A stretch of DNA of 64,000 nt from Ramazzottius varieornatus (GCA_001949185.1 BDGG01000004.1:831620-895619); one strand, 5' to 3'; positions 22,759 to 37,700 are shown, counted from the first letter of the stretch. Numbers and translations: made by a program. The notes: generated by a model from the letters alone, not told the origin.

Positions 22759-23965
22759 CTACTCGTTGAAATTCTGGCAACTACCAAGACCTTTACGATG
22801 AATACTGCGGCTAATACTGACGGTCAAAATATCGAGATACTTTTGCAAACAGGCAAACTGTGACTGCCTTCCATCGAACCCTTTCTTAGGCTCCAAGTGA
22901 AACCGTTTAGGGTTGAGGTAAGCTACAGGTGCAACAGTGTCGTCGTTAACCACGACAGTTTCCACTTCATCCAAGACAATGCGCTGATGGAAGAGCGGAC
23001 AGTCAAGCGTCAGCGTCTCGTACTCGCCCCCTTCCCCACAAGGATTACACCCGTAACTGTCTTCCATGCCGAGTAGATGGTCTTGGATGTCGGCGAGCTT
23101 TTGCCCAAGGTGCTTTTGTGGCGAGAGACCCAGCGCTGCCACTTTGATCAGGATGGCTATCACGTCGCACTCGATCATTTCCTGGAGAAGTTCCCTCTGG
23201 TTTCTTTGCCATAAATACGTCAGCGCCTGCAATAAAATTTTCCGGTCGGTGTTTCCACAGATAAACCTTTATTGAATTCAAACCTGTACGTCGAGGCGCT
23301 TGCAGATGTTTAGTACACGGAGTGTCTGGTATTCGGAAAGGATAGCGCCAGCAGCGATAGCGTCGAACTTGACGGACCCTTGAATATCCACAAGGAGGTC
23401 GAAGAGGTCCTCAACTTCGTCGTCTGGCGTCACTTGGTAGTCTTTACTCTGTAGTCGTGGTGTTCCGCGGATGTGACTGCGGAACAGAGGGAGCTGCATG
23501 GCTTCCCCGTAACGGGTAATGGTCTGATGGCCGACGGTCTGGTACATGTAGCTATCCAACTCATCTGCAAGGAACAAAATCCATAACCTAGTTTACTACT
23601 TTGCATACCGCATGACATCTCATGAAGCAACAAGTCATAGTGTGACATGACGTATCATATTATGACATCGATAGCCATACATCGGTTGATTTTTGATTGG
23701 CTAGAGCAATAAGTTGGATTGTTGGAATTTCTTGATCGTCCGGAAAGATTTACCTGCTCCTTTTGGCTCCATGTTTGCTAGCGCTACAATTTCATGACCA
23801 TCGGCGACGGCGCACATCATATTGTAGGTACTGTCCTTGCCACCACTGCAAAAGAAAACGTCATGGGAAGCTGAAACAAGATGAGGCTGGACAACAGCCT
23901 TCAACTGCCGACGCAGGCAATCTTGGCCGGCTACCTGCGCACCTGATCAAAGCTACAACGCGCAT
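22759..23965 (-). CDS. DPH6: Diphthine--ammonia ligase (ATP-pyrophosphatase domain only)
   Basis: MRVVALIS|GGKDS PP-loop, DELDSYMYQTVGH, GAILSEYQ and CGEGGEYETLTLDCPLF. Confidence 0.95.
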
Positions 23966-24272
23966 GGTGGATCCGGATTATGGCGAGTGTTGACTCGGAT
24001 GACCGCAGAAGAAGAAAGCTAACGAGGTAAGACAGAATGATCAGATGGATGTTGGGGAGTTCTAGGTCTGAACTCTGAAGTAGTGAAATTTACCGAAAAT
24101 TTATTTCAGGGTCAGGCTTGTGAAAATTAAGCGCAATCAACAATCAGTTGACCTGGTCCCGCCGGAAGTGGAACAAAGGAATCTAAAGTACTTCCGTTCG
24201 AAACGAACAATACGTACAAGGAAGTGAGGGCCGTATATGTTCACCTGTTCCAGCGTGACTGTGAATCCAGCG

Positions 24273-25330
24273 ATGGATAACGAAAGGGAAGGCGGAGCCG
24301 CCCCGAAACGTTTGAAGATGGAAACCAGGCAAGAAGCGGCAGGAGAAACTTTGAGCAGCGAGTTTTCCGCGGTGGAGTTTCGGCAGCGTCTCTCATGTTA
24401 TTTGCTGGAAGACATCTTCGCGTACCTGAGTTTACATACATACTGGTAGTCGTCCGTGCAGGTCAGAATGCAGTTTCTGCGATATTTATGATCTGAAATC
24501 GTTGGTCCAGCCGGCGATCTTCGACTTGATCGCATATATATATATATCGGAAGTACCGTACGGAGAACTGGTAAGCTAGGCAATATACTCCAGGCTCTTA
24601 ATACTCTGTACAGTGCTTGTTTGTCTTAAACAGGCAAACTAGTTTGAGAGAGGAAGTCGGGTGCCGAAGATGGGCTTGTCCTGGTGTGAGCGGAAGTTGG
24701 ATGTGGTGGACTGTGCTTTATTTGCTAAACTGCTGAACATCACTTCCGGAATACCCAAACCGCCCTGCGACCTTCCAAAAGATTTAGAATTTGAGTTGCC
24801 GCTCGGGGCAGCAAAATTTTCATAACGTATTTTTTGAGGGGCTCTCATGTTTAGCTATACTTCAGGTAATATGTTCTATTGTGCAGCATCATCTCATAAC
24901 CGTTTTTCATGTGGGTTTCCGAGGACAACAGAATGAAGCGCGCGAGGACGATGCGGTATTTCAGCTCATCTGAATGGTCTACTTTGTACATGAGGGTTTT
25001 TCTTGCCGGGCGAAGTAATGAACGGCAAAACTTCATACTCATGTACGTTGCTCCAGATATCTTCGTACTTGTCCCGAAGATTTGAGAGTAGACAGTTTTA
25101 GCACGTTGAATGGATGCGTCATATCAGAAGAGGAGCTAGCAGAGAAAGTATTATAACTTTTAAAATACACATCTAGAGCGCAAGAGAGAACTGGCAGTTC
25201 AAAGAACGCAACTGTAGCGATAAGCGCTCTCTGCCAAACACTGTCTAACGGTTGGCGTTTATCGGAATCGGGAGGAAGATTACAGCACACACTGGGCGCC
25301 AGACTGAACGTGAGAAGATCAAAGTATAGA
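24273..25330 (+). pseudogene. Probable disrupted F-box gene
   Basis: RLSCYLLEDIFAYLSLHT is F-box-like and is followed by TAG at 24447; removing 2 nt from the CATACATA run gives LHTLVVVRA up to a GT donor; downstream frames are fragmented; 3' extent uncertain. Confidence 0.4.
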
Positions 25331-25511
25331 CCAGAAGAACTTTTGGCTTGTTCAACTCCACATTTCCGACATCATTGCTTGTGTTTTCTAGCAAGGATTC
25401 TCATAAGTCCATCCGTGAGATCCTTTTACAAGCAGTTGTCTCCATCTGTTTGTCATCCTACCTTCCGTCAACCTTCCTGCTTGTCTGGACAAACTCGAGC
25501 GACATCTAACA

Positions 25512-28207
25512 ATGGCCCACGTTCCTCAAGGAGTCTTCAAGCTGACGGTCCGCATGCAACGCGACAGCCCCAATATTCCATGGGGCTTCCGTATGCAAGG
25601 TACGTCCCTAAAATTAAAGCTCGAAGACTTCGCTGCATCGCAGTAGTTTACTTCTTCTTTGAAACCGTACCGGAAGAATCGCCTAAATAACGGTTTCAGT
25701 CGCTAAATTACTCTCAGAAAACTCATTTCCCTTGTGCGTCAGCTCATCCGAGCATCGAAGTGGTGCGCACTGCTATTTCCATTTTCGAAGTCGACCTCTC
25801 GACTTTGAGGATTGAATGGTTTCTGTTCCTGAACTCCCTATTCTCAACTGCAAGACATCAAGATTCAACTAAGATGTTTCGTTCTCGTTTTCAGGTGGAT
25901 CGGATTTCACCAATGTTCCTCTGTCCATCGCAAAGGTTTGTCTCGAACCGTGCGTATGCTGATCGGTTCTTCCGGCGCTAATTAGCTGCCGACGGACTAT
26001 CTTTCTATCGCTGCAAGCGGAATCTGATTTGCTGTGGTATTTTCGTAATGGTGAAGGCGCTCGTTATGCAAGAGAATTTTTTATGAGGCGGAGCGACTGT
26101 GGTATGGTCTACGCTACTATTTTTATCCTTGTGTTTTGTGGGTTGTAGGTGACGCCGGGGTCTTTAGCGGAAGAGGTTAGTCATTCTTTCGTTTTGCGCC
26201 GGTTTTCAAATAACAATTTTTGCTCTTGTACAATTGAGAAAGTCTGCCTTGCGTTTTCGTAGGTTGGTTTGCAACCGGGCGATGTAATCACTGCGGTCGG
26301 AGATCCTCCAAACCCCGCGATCCACTGGACCCACGCGGAAGCTGAACAAGTCATCCGGCAATGCTTCGATTATTTGGTCGTAACCATTCAACGGTAGGAC
26401 TGCCTTTTCCGTAATAGCTTTGTTCCGAGGAAATCATCGTCCGGAACTATTTTCTGCAGTACCAATCGCGAACACAAGTTGGTTCCTTGGTAGCCGGTTT
26501 TTACATCGCTATTGATACAGTAGCAGCCTTGCACATCGTGCTGTAAATCACCATAAAAAGGTGGCCGTGCAGTACGTTGGGGGGTTATTCTCCGTCAGCA
26601 CTGCTTCTGTGGAAATAACTTAATCGAAACAGGCTGTCCTGTTGGATTCTATTCATTGTTTTGCCTTTTGATGTTGACCCTAATGTTCAGTTTTCCAGAG
26701 GTGGCGGACGAACCTGGGAGATAGGTCGAACTGCCGCAGCCGATTTGCCACAGTCCTCCGGCTACCCGCTGAACTCGCGCAACGCTGCTGCTTCGACCAT
26801 CTCAGCGGCCTTGCCCGGAGCCAGCAAATACGGAGGCGGTTCTGTCCCGGCCTACAGTCAAAACACCGGAAACACCTACGTCCAGCATTCTTTGGCGGCC
26901 AACAAGCAGGAAGCGCTGCCCATCGGCGCCGGGCACAACCGCACTGCCAAGCCCTTTTCGGGAGCGGCGGCCACGTACTCTGCCCAGTCACCCATCATTC
27001 ACAACCCATACAACTCACCCATGGGACTGTACTCCCAGAACAACGCTATGGACGCCTATAACGCGCATGCTTCGGTGCTGTTGGGACCTGGTCAAGGAGG
27101 GTAAGTACTTGTCTTCGTATCCATGAAAGAGAGGCCGGTGCAAACGAAACGTATCTTAAGTGACGCACGCTGCCCGCCGATAAAGATGCAAACGTGCGCC
27201 ACTGGGAAAAGCAATCACCTCCACAAAATTGCTCATCCAAGTGGCGCATTATTCTGGTGTTATTGGCGATCATCGTACGCCACTTGGAAAATAATATCAT
27301 CTTCAATGGCGCACGCTGCTAGCCAACAACGATGCAAAAACGCACCACTAAAGATAGCGGTCTTGTACGTTTAGTTTGCCGGCCTCCCAAAGAACCTGAT
27401 GATTGTAAAGCTGACTGAGTTTTGATGGTAGTACGACCGGACCAAGCGCGACCCAACAAGCGGTCTCCCAGATGGATCAATATGGAGATCAGTACGGCGG
27501 GTCCTTCGGTAACTCTGCCAACAACCGAGGCCAGACCGGCGGAGCGTACGGAAGTAACAATGGTGCGACTAGTCCATCTATTGGTGGTCAGTCGTACCAA
27601 TACAGCAACGTGCCGATCCGTTCGGTGCAGGCTCCACAAACCATGTCACCCGAACACTATCAGCAGCCCATTAATCAAGTACCCAAATGTGCCATGTGTC
27701 AGAGCAGCATCGTGTAAGCAAGTCCCTCTGCCGTCACAACTAGGTCATTTTGTACAAACATTCGCGCTGATGGAGGTCTTTCCGTAGTGGCGTCTTCGTG
27801 CGAGTTCGTGGGCAGCCGATGTGCGTTGGCTGCTATAAGTGCGCGAAGTGCAACATACCGCTGAAAACTATCGGTAAGCTTTCTTCTGTTCATCGGGCTT
27901 TCCGGAGGAGAGACTACAGTAATATCCATGGTTCCAACTTTTATAGGACATTTTGTAGTGGACGATCAGTTGTACTGGTAAGCTGCGCTCATATTTCTTC
28001 TGGATAATCCCGGTATTTGTTGTCCACCCGGAAGTACCTTGAATTTTCGTCTTTCCAGTGAGCAACACGCGAAACAGTTGACAAGGTAAGCAATACTACC
28101 CTTTTGACCACAACACTTCCGATCACTTCCATGAAACCCATGTCCTTTCCTCCCTCGCTAGACCCGGATATGATGGATACCAGTCGAGTACCGTATATTC
28201 TTCCTAG
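25512..28207 (+). CDS. PDZ and LIM domain protein (ALP/Zasp type: PDZ, ZM motif, single LIM)
   Basis: PWGFRMQ|GGSDF PDZ; IIHNPYNSPMGLYS ZM motif; CAMCQSSIV...CYKCAKCNIPLK..GHFVVDDQLYC LIM. Confidence 0.9.
27157..27351. repeat. Three tandem arm-N27-arm elements (PDZ-LIM intron)
   Basis: 27157-27205, 27238-27286 and 27304-27351, each with a 27-nt spacer. Confidence 0.85.
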
Positions 28208-28710
28208 GTTAGGCTTGATGATATCTGCTAACTAACACCAGGAAGTTTTGCTAACACACTGCGCAGTCCGGCTTTGGCCGCGCCATGGAGAAGATTGTAT
28301 CAGTTGGTGGTACGGTACAGAATCCCTATGGAAGAGTGACGTTCAACTTTCTGTTATTTCTAGTCCCATTCATACCATTACATACATGATCCGAGTCATG
28401 TACTGCGTTTTTGTATCGCATCGCCTGATGATAGTGGAATCTCCTTGTCCTTCCCTGCCCACGAAATTTTCGCATGTCTCATCACGAACGATATTCATCG
28501 TATTTGACCCTTATGATAGTCACTCAGTGGCTGTGCGTTGAAACAACCGCAAATAAACTTTATTGTCTGTCAGAGAGAGTCTGCAACTATCACGCAATAG
28601 TAAAAGTGGTCGTCAATATATATTCTTAAGAAAACTCACACCGGGGAAAGAGGATAGTAGGCTGCAACTTTTACCTCAAATACTTGACAGCGAGAGGGAT
28701 AACAGACTGT

Positions 28711-31700
28711 TCAAAAGTGATACCAGTCAAAGCCCGCTAAAGTACCGTTCTGATCCATGGCGTGCGAGACCTCGTCAGCAATGTCGTGGTGCATGTAGTG
28801 ACGGTACAGTTGATCCAAGCGTTCCTGGCTCAGATGCAACGGATTTCCCCTCCTGCAAACCGATGTGAACATTTACCAAGCCTCACTTCTCTATGAATTC
28901 AAACACACGGATCCGAACTCCCACCCACCTCAAGTAGGGATCAGGTTCGCCATAAGCATCGACGTACGGCGAAGCTCCAAAGCAGCCTTTGTTCGAGCCG
29001 TGCAACATCAACACCTGATTTTCCCGAACCCTGCGGAGAAAGTGATCGTTTCGAATTTCAGTTTTTCCATCTACAACGTGCAGACTGGGATTATCTACCT
29101 GAGGAAGAGTCCGGTGCCGCCACCGCAAGTCAGCGAATGGTAAGTGCAGCCACCGATGGAATGGCCATTGTCCATCTTGAACTGGCAGCACATGGACTGA
29201 CTGCACAGTAGCTGGCCGCAGACCAGACACAACGCCGGAGAACGTCGCTCGTTAGACTCGGTCTTGCATCTACAGTGGAACCTTGCTTGTGATAACGAAA
29301 GAGCCATCATACACTGCACACAAGAAACAGCAGTCTTACGTTTTTTGTGATGCGCGGTTAATGACGTCGACGAAGTCTTGGGGCAGTTGGACGAAAGAGG
29401 GTCGAGGTCGCGGATACCTACAAAGGCCGTTCCATCCACTTGACAATAAATTTCCCGTTTAGGGAGCTCTGGAAACCAACTCAGCAAGATTGTTTCTCCC
29501 AAGAGGCGCACGATTTTAAGTAGAAAGACTGGAGCCATGCGCCCCTTGGGAAACCAATTTTGTTGTGCTAGTTCTTAAGTGGCGCATGCTCCAGTGTTAT
29601 CGGCTGCAATCATGCGCCACTTGTAAAAACGATCGTGTAATATTTCTTGCGTTCGAACCTACTTGCGAATAATGGAAGGACCGTGCTCGGTATTCTCTGG
29701 CGTCGTCGATATACGGAAGGGAGCCGCGAAGGAAGCCGTCATGAGCTGCTTCAGCGCAGAATTCTGGTCGAGAAGGTGGGAGAAAGACAGGGGAAGGTTC
29801 AGGTACGTCATCAGATCCTCGTACTCACTATCACAACTGGCTGCAAGTTGAAACAGATCACACATTAGCCCGTCAACTCATTCGCGGAGTTTTTCGAAAA
29901 CTAAGATAATCACGCGACGAAATACTCACGATTGTCCTTTTTGAGAGAGGCGGGGGCAGCAATGCCCGTCACGAAATGGTAAAACAACGCACACGACCGT
30001 AAGAAGGGCCAAGTGCCTTCCCGCACTAGTTGTGACAGTTTCTTGGGCACCTTCACGGGTCCTTCATTCGCCAAGGGTGGTCGTTTCCTGAAAGACACGA
30101 AAAGAGTGAGGTGAACCTTGGAAAGAAAGTGAATTGCGATGGGCCACGGTCTCCTGCTGTCCTTACCATACTGTTGCTCGTCGGTAAAGATCCACCAGCG
30201 CATCGCCAGCCGGTAAGCATTCTTCGGTATGGTACTCGCCATCTTGGTTCTCTTCTTCAAGACCGAGTAGAACTTGGGCGGCATGTAGAGCGTAGACCAG
30301 CGTCAAGATGAAGCTGTCGTAATTATCACCGACAGGTGGACGGCAAATCAGCACACCGGCGGATTGGCCAGTGAAACCTTCTTCGGTCCAGGGAAGCCAT
30401 GGGAAAGCACAGGTCAGGTTCAGCTAAGGGACAGAACAAGAATACCGATAGAATTTCAGAAATGACACTGCACCTTACCAGAAGGGAGAAAGCGTCAAGG
30501 TGCAAGGGAAGAGTCGCGGCAGGTCGGAAGAGTGTCGCGAAAAGGGAGACTGCGTTCTCCGTCAAGACTTTGGGCTCGTAGGCGGCTGAAGTCCAGCAAG
30601 TAGCCCGAATCAGCGACTTTAGGCACAGGTACTGCCGCGACGAAAGCGACCCCAGCAGGGACTTTTTCTCGTTACGGAGACACTGCTCAATGCACTGGAT
30701 AGAGTACGAACACGACGACCAGCCCACCGCGCAGCTGAGAGTTTCCTCCATCTCAGACGACGTATTCATAATCATCTATATCCATCCAAGGAATAATTCA
30801 ATCAAAAAGGCATCCAGAACAAAGAAACCCCAAAATAAAAAAGAAATGACCGTACAGTTTGTGGTACAGTGCAACTAACCTGATACACCTGTGTCTGAAA
30901 GGTTCTGATGGCTTCCACGAAGCCTTCGGTCACCACTTCTTCGCTGTAAGGAAACAAGTTCAAAAGGATTACAACAGTGAGTAGTGCCTTCATTTGGCCC
31001 TTTTTCTACGAAGACGATTGTCAAGTTGGTGCTGTGCCCTTGTTAGAATTCCCTAAATGAAGCTCTTTCTTACTTTTTAACATCAATGCCGCGAAGTCGT
31101 TCGTTCTGCGCCGAGTCTTCCTGCACATTCGCCAACAGGCGGGCATATTCTCTAGCTCGAATATTACTTCTAACCAGTTTCCTCAAGTCCCGATACCGCT
31201 CTTCTTGATCGTCGTTCTGGATGACCATCATCGGACTGAGGTCGTTCCAGCCTCCTTTCTCGTCTGTCTCCATCTTCGGCATCTTCGGTACAGCCTCGCC
31301 GCTCCTTACTGCCTCCTCGTTCGGTCTGAACAGCACCTTCAAGCTTTCAATAAACGTATCTAAGTTAACTGTACTGTCTTCCGCCGTGTCCATACTGTGG
31401 ACATTCGCTTTGGGATTGGTCAGAGGGAAGAATGGGATAGCTGCGTTGCAGAGACGACTGCACAACGGACAACGAAACTCGTTCTTGGTCACGTCAAAGC
31501 TGCCGTTGTTGCTTCTCAACCTGGTAAAAGCAATAAATCAACACACTGGACCGAACAACGATAACACAAGAACAATCTGAGAGCTCGGCAAACGAGCTCA
31601 CCAGACTGTCTTCCCAAGTGGCGCACGTTTTCATAAATAGTGGCTAGATCCGTGCGCCACTTGGGAAACCGATCTGGCCGAGCTTGTTACTTGATGATCG

Positions 31701-34700
31701 ACAGTGTTACCTGATGGTTCGTCGTCGTTCCCGTGCGACGACCGATTCGAAGTACGTCTTCCAGCACTTTGCATGCAGCAGATGACCACAGCTGCTAACA
31801 TGGGGGGCGCACGATAGGTCGTTGCCCATCCACAAGGGGTTCCCTATCAATGCCTGGCTCAGTTCCTTTACGGACGTGGCTGGTTCTCTGACGAAGCGGT
31901 CCGCCACGGCTTGTTGGTCTTCTTGACTGAGGACTGTCGAGCGCTGAACGTAAGCCACCGCCACAAAGGCTTCGAGGCTGAGGTTTACGGCGTGAGACTC
32001 GGAGCACAGAATGCAGGTATGCTTCTCGTCTAGGTCCTCTTCGATGTTGTGAAGTGACCGATGGTTACCCACGGCGACGATCTTAGCCTTCGCCTCGACA
32101 ATCATCCTACAAAAACCAACGGTATCACTTCCAAACATTCTAAGCTATGGTAAATTATCAGAAAAAGTTTCACTCTATCGTTCGAAGCAACACGTTCATT
32201 CAGGCAAACCAGCAGTAACACCTTACAGAAGTTTTATCCTCATGCATACACCCTGTTCGGTATCTAGAATAGTGCATTTGTATGCAGGTGTGTGCCTGCA
32301 TACACCACGCCATACATTTTACTGCTGTACATGCAGTTATGTCTAAAGTGGGTGACATGCTTCCACTGCTTTCTTGTTCTCTCAGGTGACTTACGGTGTG
32401 ACTGTTTCTGCTATAGAGATGTCTGGATTCTCCACCACCGATACTGGTTGTTCCAGACTGCTTATTTCTTGCAAGTTATGCGACATGAAGCTCTTCTGCG
32501 CCGACTTCATCTGAGCCATGATGCGTTCCCGTCTAGCCACGGCTCGTTTCTTCTTCTCTTCAGCGTCCTCCTCGTTCTCTGCCGGCGAGGTGCCCATCAT
32601 GAGCGCCGAACTCTTCTCCATGCTCCCCACCACCACATCCATACTTTCACTAGTGCGAGGAGTGGTTGTGGCTTCCTCGACGTTTGTCAGCTCCTCGTAG
32701 TACCTCAGCACCCACTCCACCAGACTCTTGTAAGCTTCACCATCTTTCTGGGTCTTTAGTTCGCGCAGGACCGAAAAAATACCGGCGTCAGCAGCCTTCT
32801 CTATGAACTGGGGCTTAACAGAAGGGCTGATGATAGACTGAGGCTGACGCATACGCTTCTCTTCGTGAAGGCCGTAACCGATCACGTACAGAGCTCGAAT
32901 CAGTTGGCCTTCCGAGAAGGAGCGCGGGTGGTTGTTCAACGCACGACGAACTGTCAAGTTTAGCAAGTGGATCATCACGTCACAGTCTAACAGCCTGACC
33001 AAGTGCTGGAAGACACCTGCAAATGAAAATTACACCCGGCTAAGACGCCAGTTTTTCAAAAACAAAATTAGAATAAATGAGACGTGGGCGAATGGATGCA
33101 GCCGGATTGTTCTCAAGTGGCGCACGCCTATGTTGTTATTAGCTGGAAGAGTGCGCCACTTGGGAAAACGATTTGGTTGAGTTCATTTGTCAACATTCCA
33201 ACTGGTGATGTGAATTTCTAGGTTCGAAAATTATCCTTATTCGCAGCTTTTTCAGTTCTGTTAAAAGTGTTCGATTTTATCGGGAAAATAAGTTTCTTAT
33301 CATCGCATTGTTTTATTTACCATACCGGAAAACGGTGGTGGTAAAGGTGGAGGAAACACGATTTCCTCGTTGTTCTTCTTCTTTCTCTTTCTCTGCGTAT
33401 CTTCGGCTTTCGAATGTTCGATACGGGTGTAGTGGTAGAAGAACATGTTATAATGGGTCATGTACTCGGCCTTGAGTTCGAAGCTGCCTTTAGTGGTAGG
33501 TGAGGTGCGCTTGAAGACGGCCACTTCTTTGAGGGTGTCGTCCACTTCGCCCGACTTGGCTTCCTGGTCAGGGAGGTTCTTCAGCAGTTCACTGTAGGAC
33601 ATGGACTGGATGCACAGCTGGTGGATCAGCTCGTTCTTCAGACAGTCTTCGGCAGTCACACGACCCACACCAGGGTAGTATCGCTCGCCGATGAGGACGA
33701 TGAGACAGTAGAGAAACTCCTCTGCCAGGAACATCACTTGCCTGCGGAAATCAGAATTAAAAAGGCTCCACGAACTAAAAATTGAGTTCGGCAAACTCAT
33801 GTACAGTGCGAAGCTTTAAGGAATAAACGAGCTACCTGCGCTGATAAAAATGAGCAAAATTCCACCCTCACATTATCATTATCCAACCGTTATTGGCCCT
33901 TTGGTAACTTTTCCACCTGCTTATCTAGTTGACCGAAAATCTACATAAGTAACGCTTCCCGACCGGACATTCTGCTATGATTTGACCGTAGTTTTTTCCA
34001 GTGTACAGTGAGGAACACAGATAACCAACCTTATGGAATCTTCCTCCGTTTTTGGTGGCGTAGCGTCGAACACTTCGTCTGCCCAGGCGATCAAGCCAAA
34101 CTTGTCCAGAATAGCAATCATGAAGTCATCTGGTTTCAAGACCGCCGCACAGGCTTGCATCATGACGACGTCTTTATCCAGCATTTCTTCTCGGCACCTA
34201 TTTTGAAAAACATTCCGCCACAGTGCACCATCACACCATCAGGGAACCAGGACAATGTCGAACGGTGTAGAGAGCCTACCTGGGTTGCTGGTAGAAGTAG
34301 ATCTGGTTGGCCAGCGCATACCCATTCCTCCTCCACATACCGGCATTGGCTTGGGAGACCAGCACCAGCGTTCTCAACGGTAGTTCCATCAGTTCTTTCG
34401 CCTGGTTCGTCAGACGGTATTCCAGCGGCTGACCATCCAGCGAAATACCTAAGACCCAATCACTGAATCAACCCAGTATTCCCAGCTTCGAGACGCCTAA
34501 AAGCCTGCTCAGTTAACTAGACAAGGAGGGCGGCATACCATCTCGGGATAACTCGTTATCTCAAGTGGCGCAGTTTTGTTTGTTATGGGTTTGGGATGGT
34601 GCGCTACTTAATATCATGATCATCCCGGGATTGTTTGTCGGCCCCCAAAAGCTGAATTCTAGGTGCTGGTCAAATGACAGTATTTCTGTTCGACACGCAC

Positions 34701-37700
34701 AACACTGAGGCCAAATTTGGGAGCACATTTTACCTTGTTCTAGTCCGCTGACTAGCAGTGAAGCCAGCATACGAATGACTGGGTGGTGGATGGAGACCAC
34801 CTGGGTCGACACGTCGTACTCGATGCACTGGGTAATGTGTCGACCCGCCACTTCACGCTTCTCAAACTTCTCAACAGTGCCTAGCGCCTTGATGGCACTG
34901 TCCATCAGCCGCTTCAGGCACACTTCCAGGACTTTGGCGTCCGAAGCACACCATTGTTGGAGGAGGTCGAGGATGGACTGCATGCGCAGCTGGACGTTGA
35001 AGGCGGGTTCCCAGTCCGCCTCGTATTCCACATGGGACTGCGTTCGCCGAACATGGCTATCCATCCCTACAAAAGTTAACAATGATGATGCACGGAGTAA
35101 CCTCAACTAAGAAAAGAACCCCTAAATTTATATGCAGCTTCAGTTCGATCAGTATATGGTAGCACGTTGCCTCCATGAAGGAAACATAGATGGAGACAAG
35201 CCATTCCAGCATCCCAAGTGACGATTGGGTTTACGTTGCAGTTGTTGTCATGATAGATCGGGTTTTTGCTTAACCGCACCACCGTCAGCTAATTAAAATC
35301 CTGTTGTCACATGAGAAGCTAGCACAAGCTGCAGATGCGGAAAATAAAGCATGGGCTGATCGCCAGCGGTTCTTCCCTCCCGCACCGTACCCCAAGTCCA
35401 GGATGAACATTTTTTGGGGAACAGCAAGAGGGTGAAGAACCCGAGTGGCTGCAGCTAAGTTCTGGAGACCGTTCTGATTTGCGTCCGTTCAAACGAAGGG
35501 CCACATGTTTTACTTCGACGGTTACGACAATCTTCAGATAAAGTTTCCGTAGCTGTCAATACACATTCTACCCGCCCGATGGAGAGCAGTCTTCCTAGTG
35601 CGGTTTCATACGGCAACTCCTATTCGGTACGATATACGTAGGAGCACTGTATGTAATCAGGAAAAAAAGACTGCTGTAACAAGCCAAACTCTGTTACATT
35701 TATCAGAATCTACCGTCTAAAACCCGGCAATGCTCACCCGGAAAAAAACTATGCAAGAAAAAAACCGCGATTGTTTGATAGAAAATACAAGAAGCGTAGT
35801 GTGAAAAACCTACCCTTTGCCCATTCCATAGCTCAGAAGCAAACTTCGTAACTCGCCATCGGGTTTCACATTGCCAAAGAGATCAGCTTGATGGAGAAAC
35901 AAGAGTGTTCTGACAAACCTACCTTCCATCATTTCCATGACTTGAAGGAACTGTTCGAAGGTCCCAATGAACCCCTTCCTCAAGGCGTCGTTCCATTGAT
36001 CGCCCCTCGGCACGGTGTTCAGCAAGTAGCGCGTATCGTACAGCGTATACAGTGCTCGTTTGAACTGTAGTGCCACCAGAGGTTGGGTTGACCGTTCGAA
36101 GGACAGTCTACCCTGATCGTTCCTTCTCTGCTGGCACATGTTGACAAAGGACCTGACGATGACTTCGACCAGCCCATCAGCGAAGAGGGTTCGGGCCACA
36201 GTGGGCACCGTGAAGAGCTGGACGCCCAGAGAGGTGCACGAGTCCGTGTGCTCGTGATCGTCGGCCACGAAGGCCGCCATCAGCTCCGGGTACAGCTGGG
36301 CCAGCAGGCGGGAGAAGGCGATTTTGGCATCGTTGAAGGACAGGAAGGTCGCCATAAAGAGTGAGTGAACGGCACTGCGCGCCGCTTTCCACAGACGAAC
36401 GTCCACCAGCAAGAACGCCGAAACGATCTGCAAGTGGAAATTCATATAAACTAACAATTTTAGTTATCCACTGAACTTCGCTTTCAAGAGCGTTTTATTG
36501 AAACAGACCCCGCCAAAGATATATTTGTCAGATTTCTACACTTGATCTGTTGTAAGATGCACAGTTTGTTCTTACGTTAACCGCGTCGATGTCCCAGGAG
36601 TCCTGCAAGCTAACGTCACAGACGATGGCTTTGAAGCCTTCGCAAGCTTCAGCCAGTTCCTGTATCCATTTCAGGACTAGCTGTGCGAAGACTTGATGGC
36701 TGTAAACGCTGGTCAGAATGACGTCCAGTCGTAGAGGCTGCGGTCTTCGAGAGTTCTTCTCCACGAAAGTCTTGACACGTTCGCATTCAGCTAACGTGCC
36801 GAACTTGACCGGACATCTACCTTCGTGATCGACTACGGTGGCGTATTCTAACGCCTCTTCCGCAGTACACTCCAACGTTCTGTAGAAACAGACAGATTTG
36901 ACGTTAAGCTTCTTTTGCTTGGAAGATGTTTCTTACCTAGACAAAACAGTAATGACACCGTCATAAGTGTGCACTTCATCATTGTACAAAACCGTCGCAT
37001 ATTTCAACTGGTCCTCTTCGCCATCTTTACTTCCGCCCAGGCCTAACAAACTGGAAGTGGACGTCAAGAAACTTCGATGTTTCGGCGGGGAGCTACTCGG
37101 TGTTCGACCGCTCAAGATGTCGGTGGGCGATTGTGAGCCGTCGCGAAGTGTCAGCATCTGGTAAGCGTAGCACAGAGCGGACTGCACTACAACGCTGAAC
37201 CGCTTGGCCACATCCGCCGGAAGTCGCTTCCGCGCGTCCCCCACGTCGATATCCTCGGCATGTCCGGACGGTGGCTGATGTGCCGTACAAGCAAAGTCCT
37301 GCTTCCAGGCTTCAGGATCTCCACAGTCGCAGTAGCCACCACCGCCTGAGCTGGAGATGCGATAGCGGTGGCTCTGATGAGGACTCTGCTTGAAGCATTC
37401 CATGCACAGTACGCACTGCAAAAACTTTTATAGTAAGTTCCGAGCTCGGCACACATACTCTGCAAGACTGCTTTCCCCAAGTGGCGCACTTTCACAGTAT
37501 CGTTAACCGGAAGGATGCGGCAGTTGGAAAAAACGATCTTATCCAGTTTGGCTTGTTTTCCAAGTGGCGCATGATTTTACTGTTATTGGCTGAAGGCGTG
37601 CGCCACCTAGGAAACCGATCTTTCCGAGTTTGTTTGTCGAGCCTTCAGATGCCTTCAATATACTTTAACTTCCTATCGACATTAGAACCATGATTCACTT

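Noticed and set aside
22759-23965. DPH6 lacking C-terminal YjgF/RidA domains as a novelty
   Set aside because: Short ATPase-only DPH6 proteins are already known, for example in vertebrates
27395-27425. bantam-like microRNA (gatgattgtaaagctgac)
   Set aside because: The seed does not match and there is no convincing precursor hairpin
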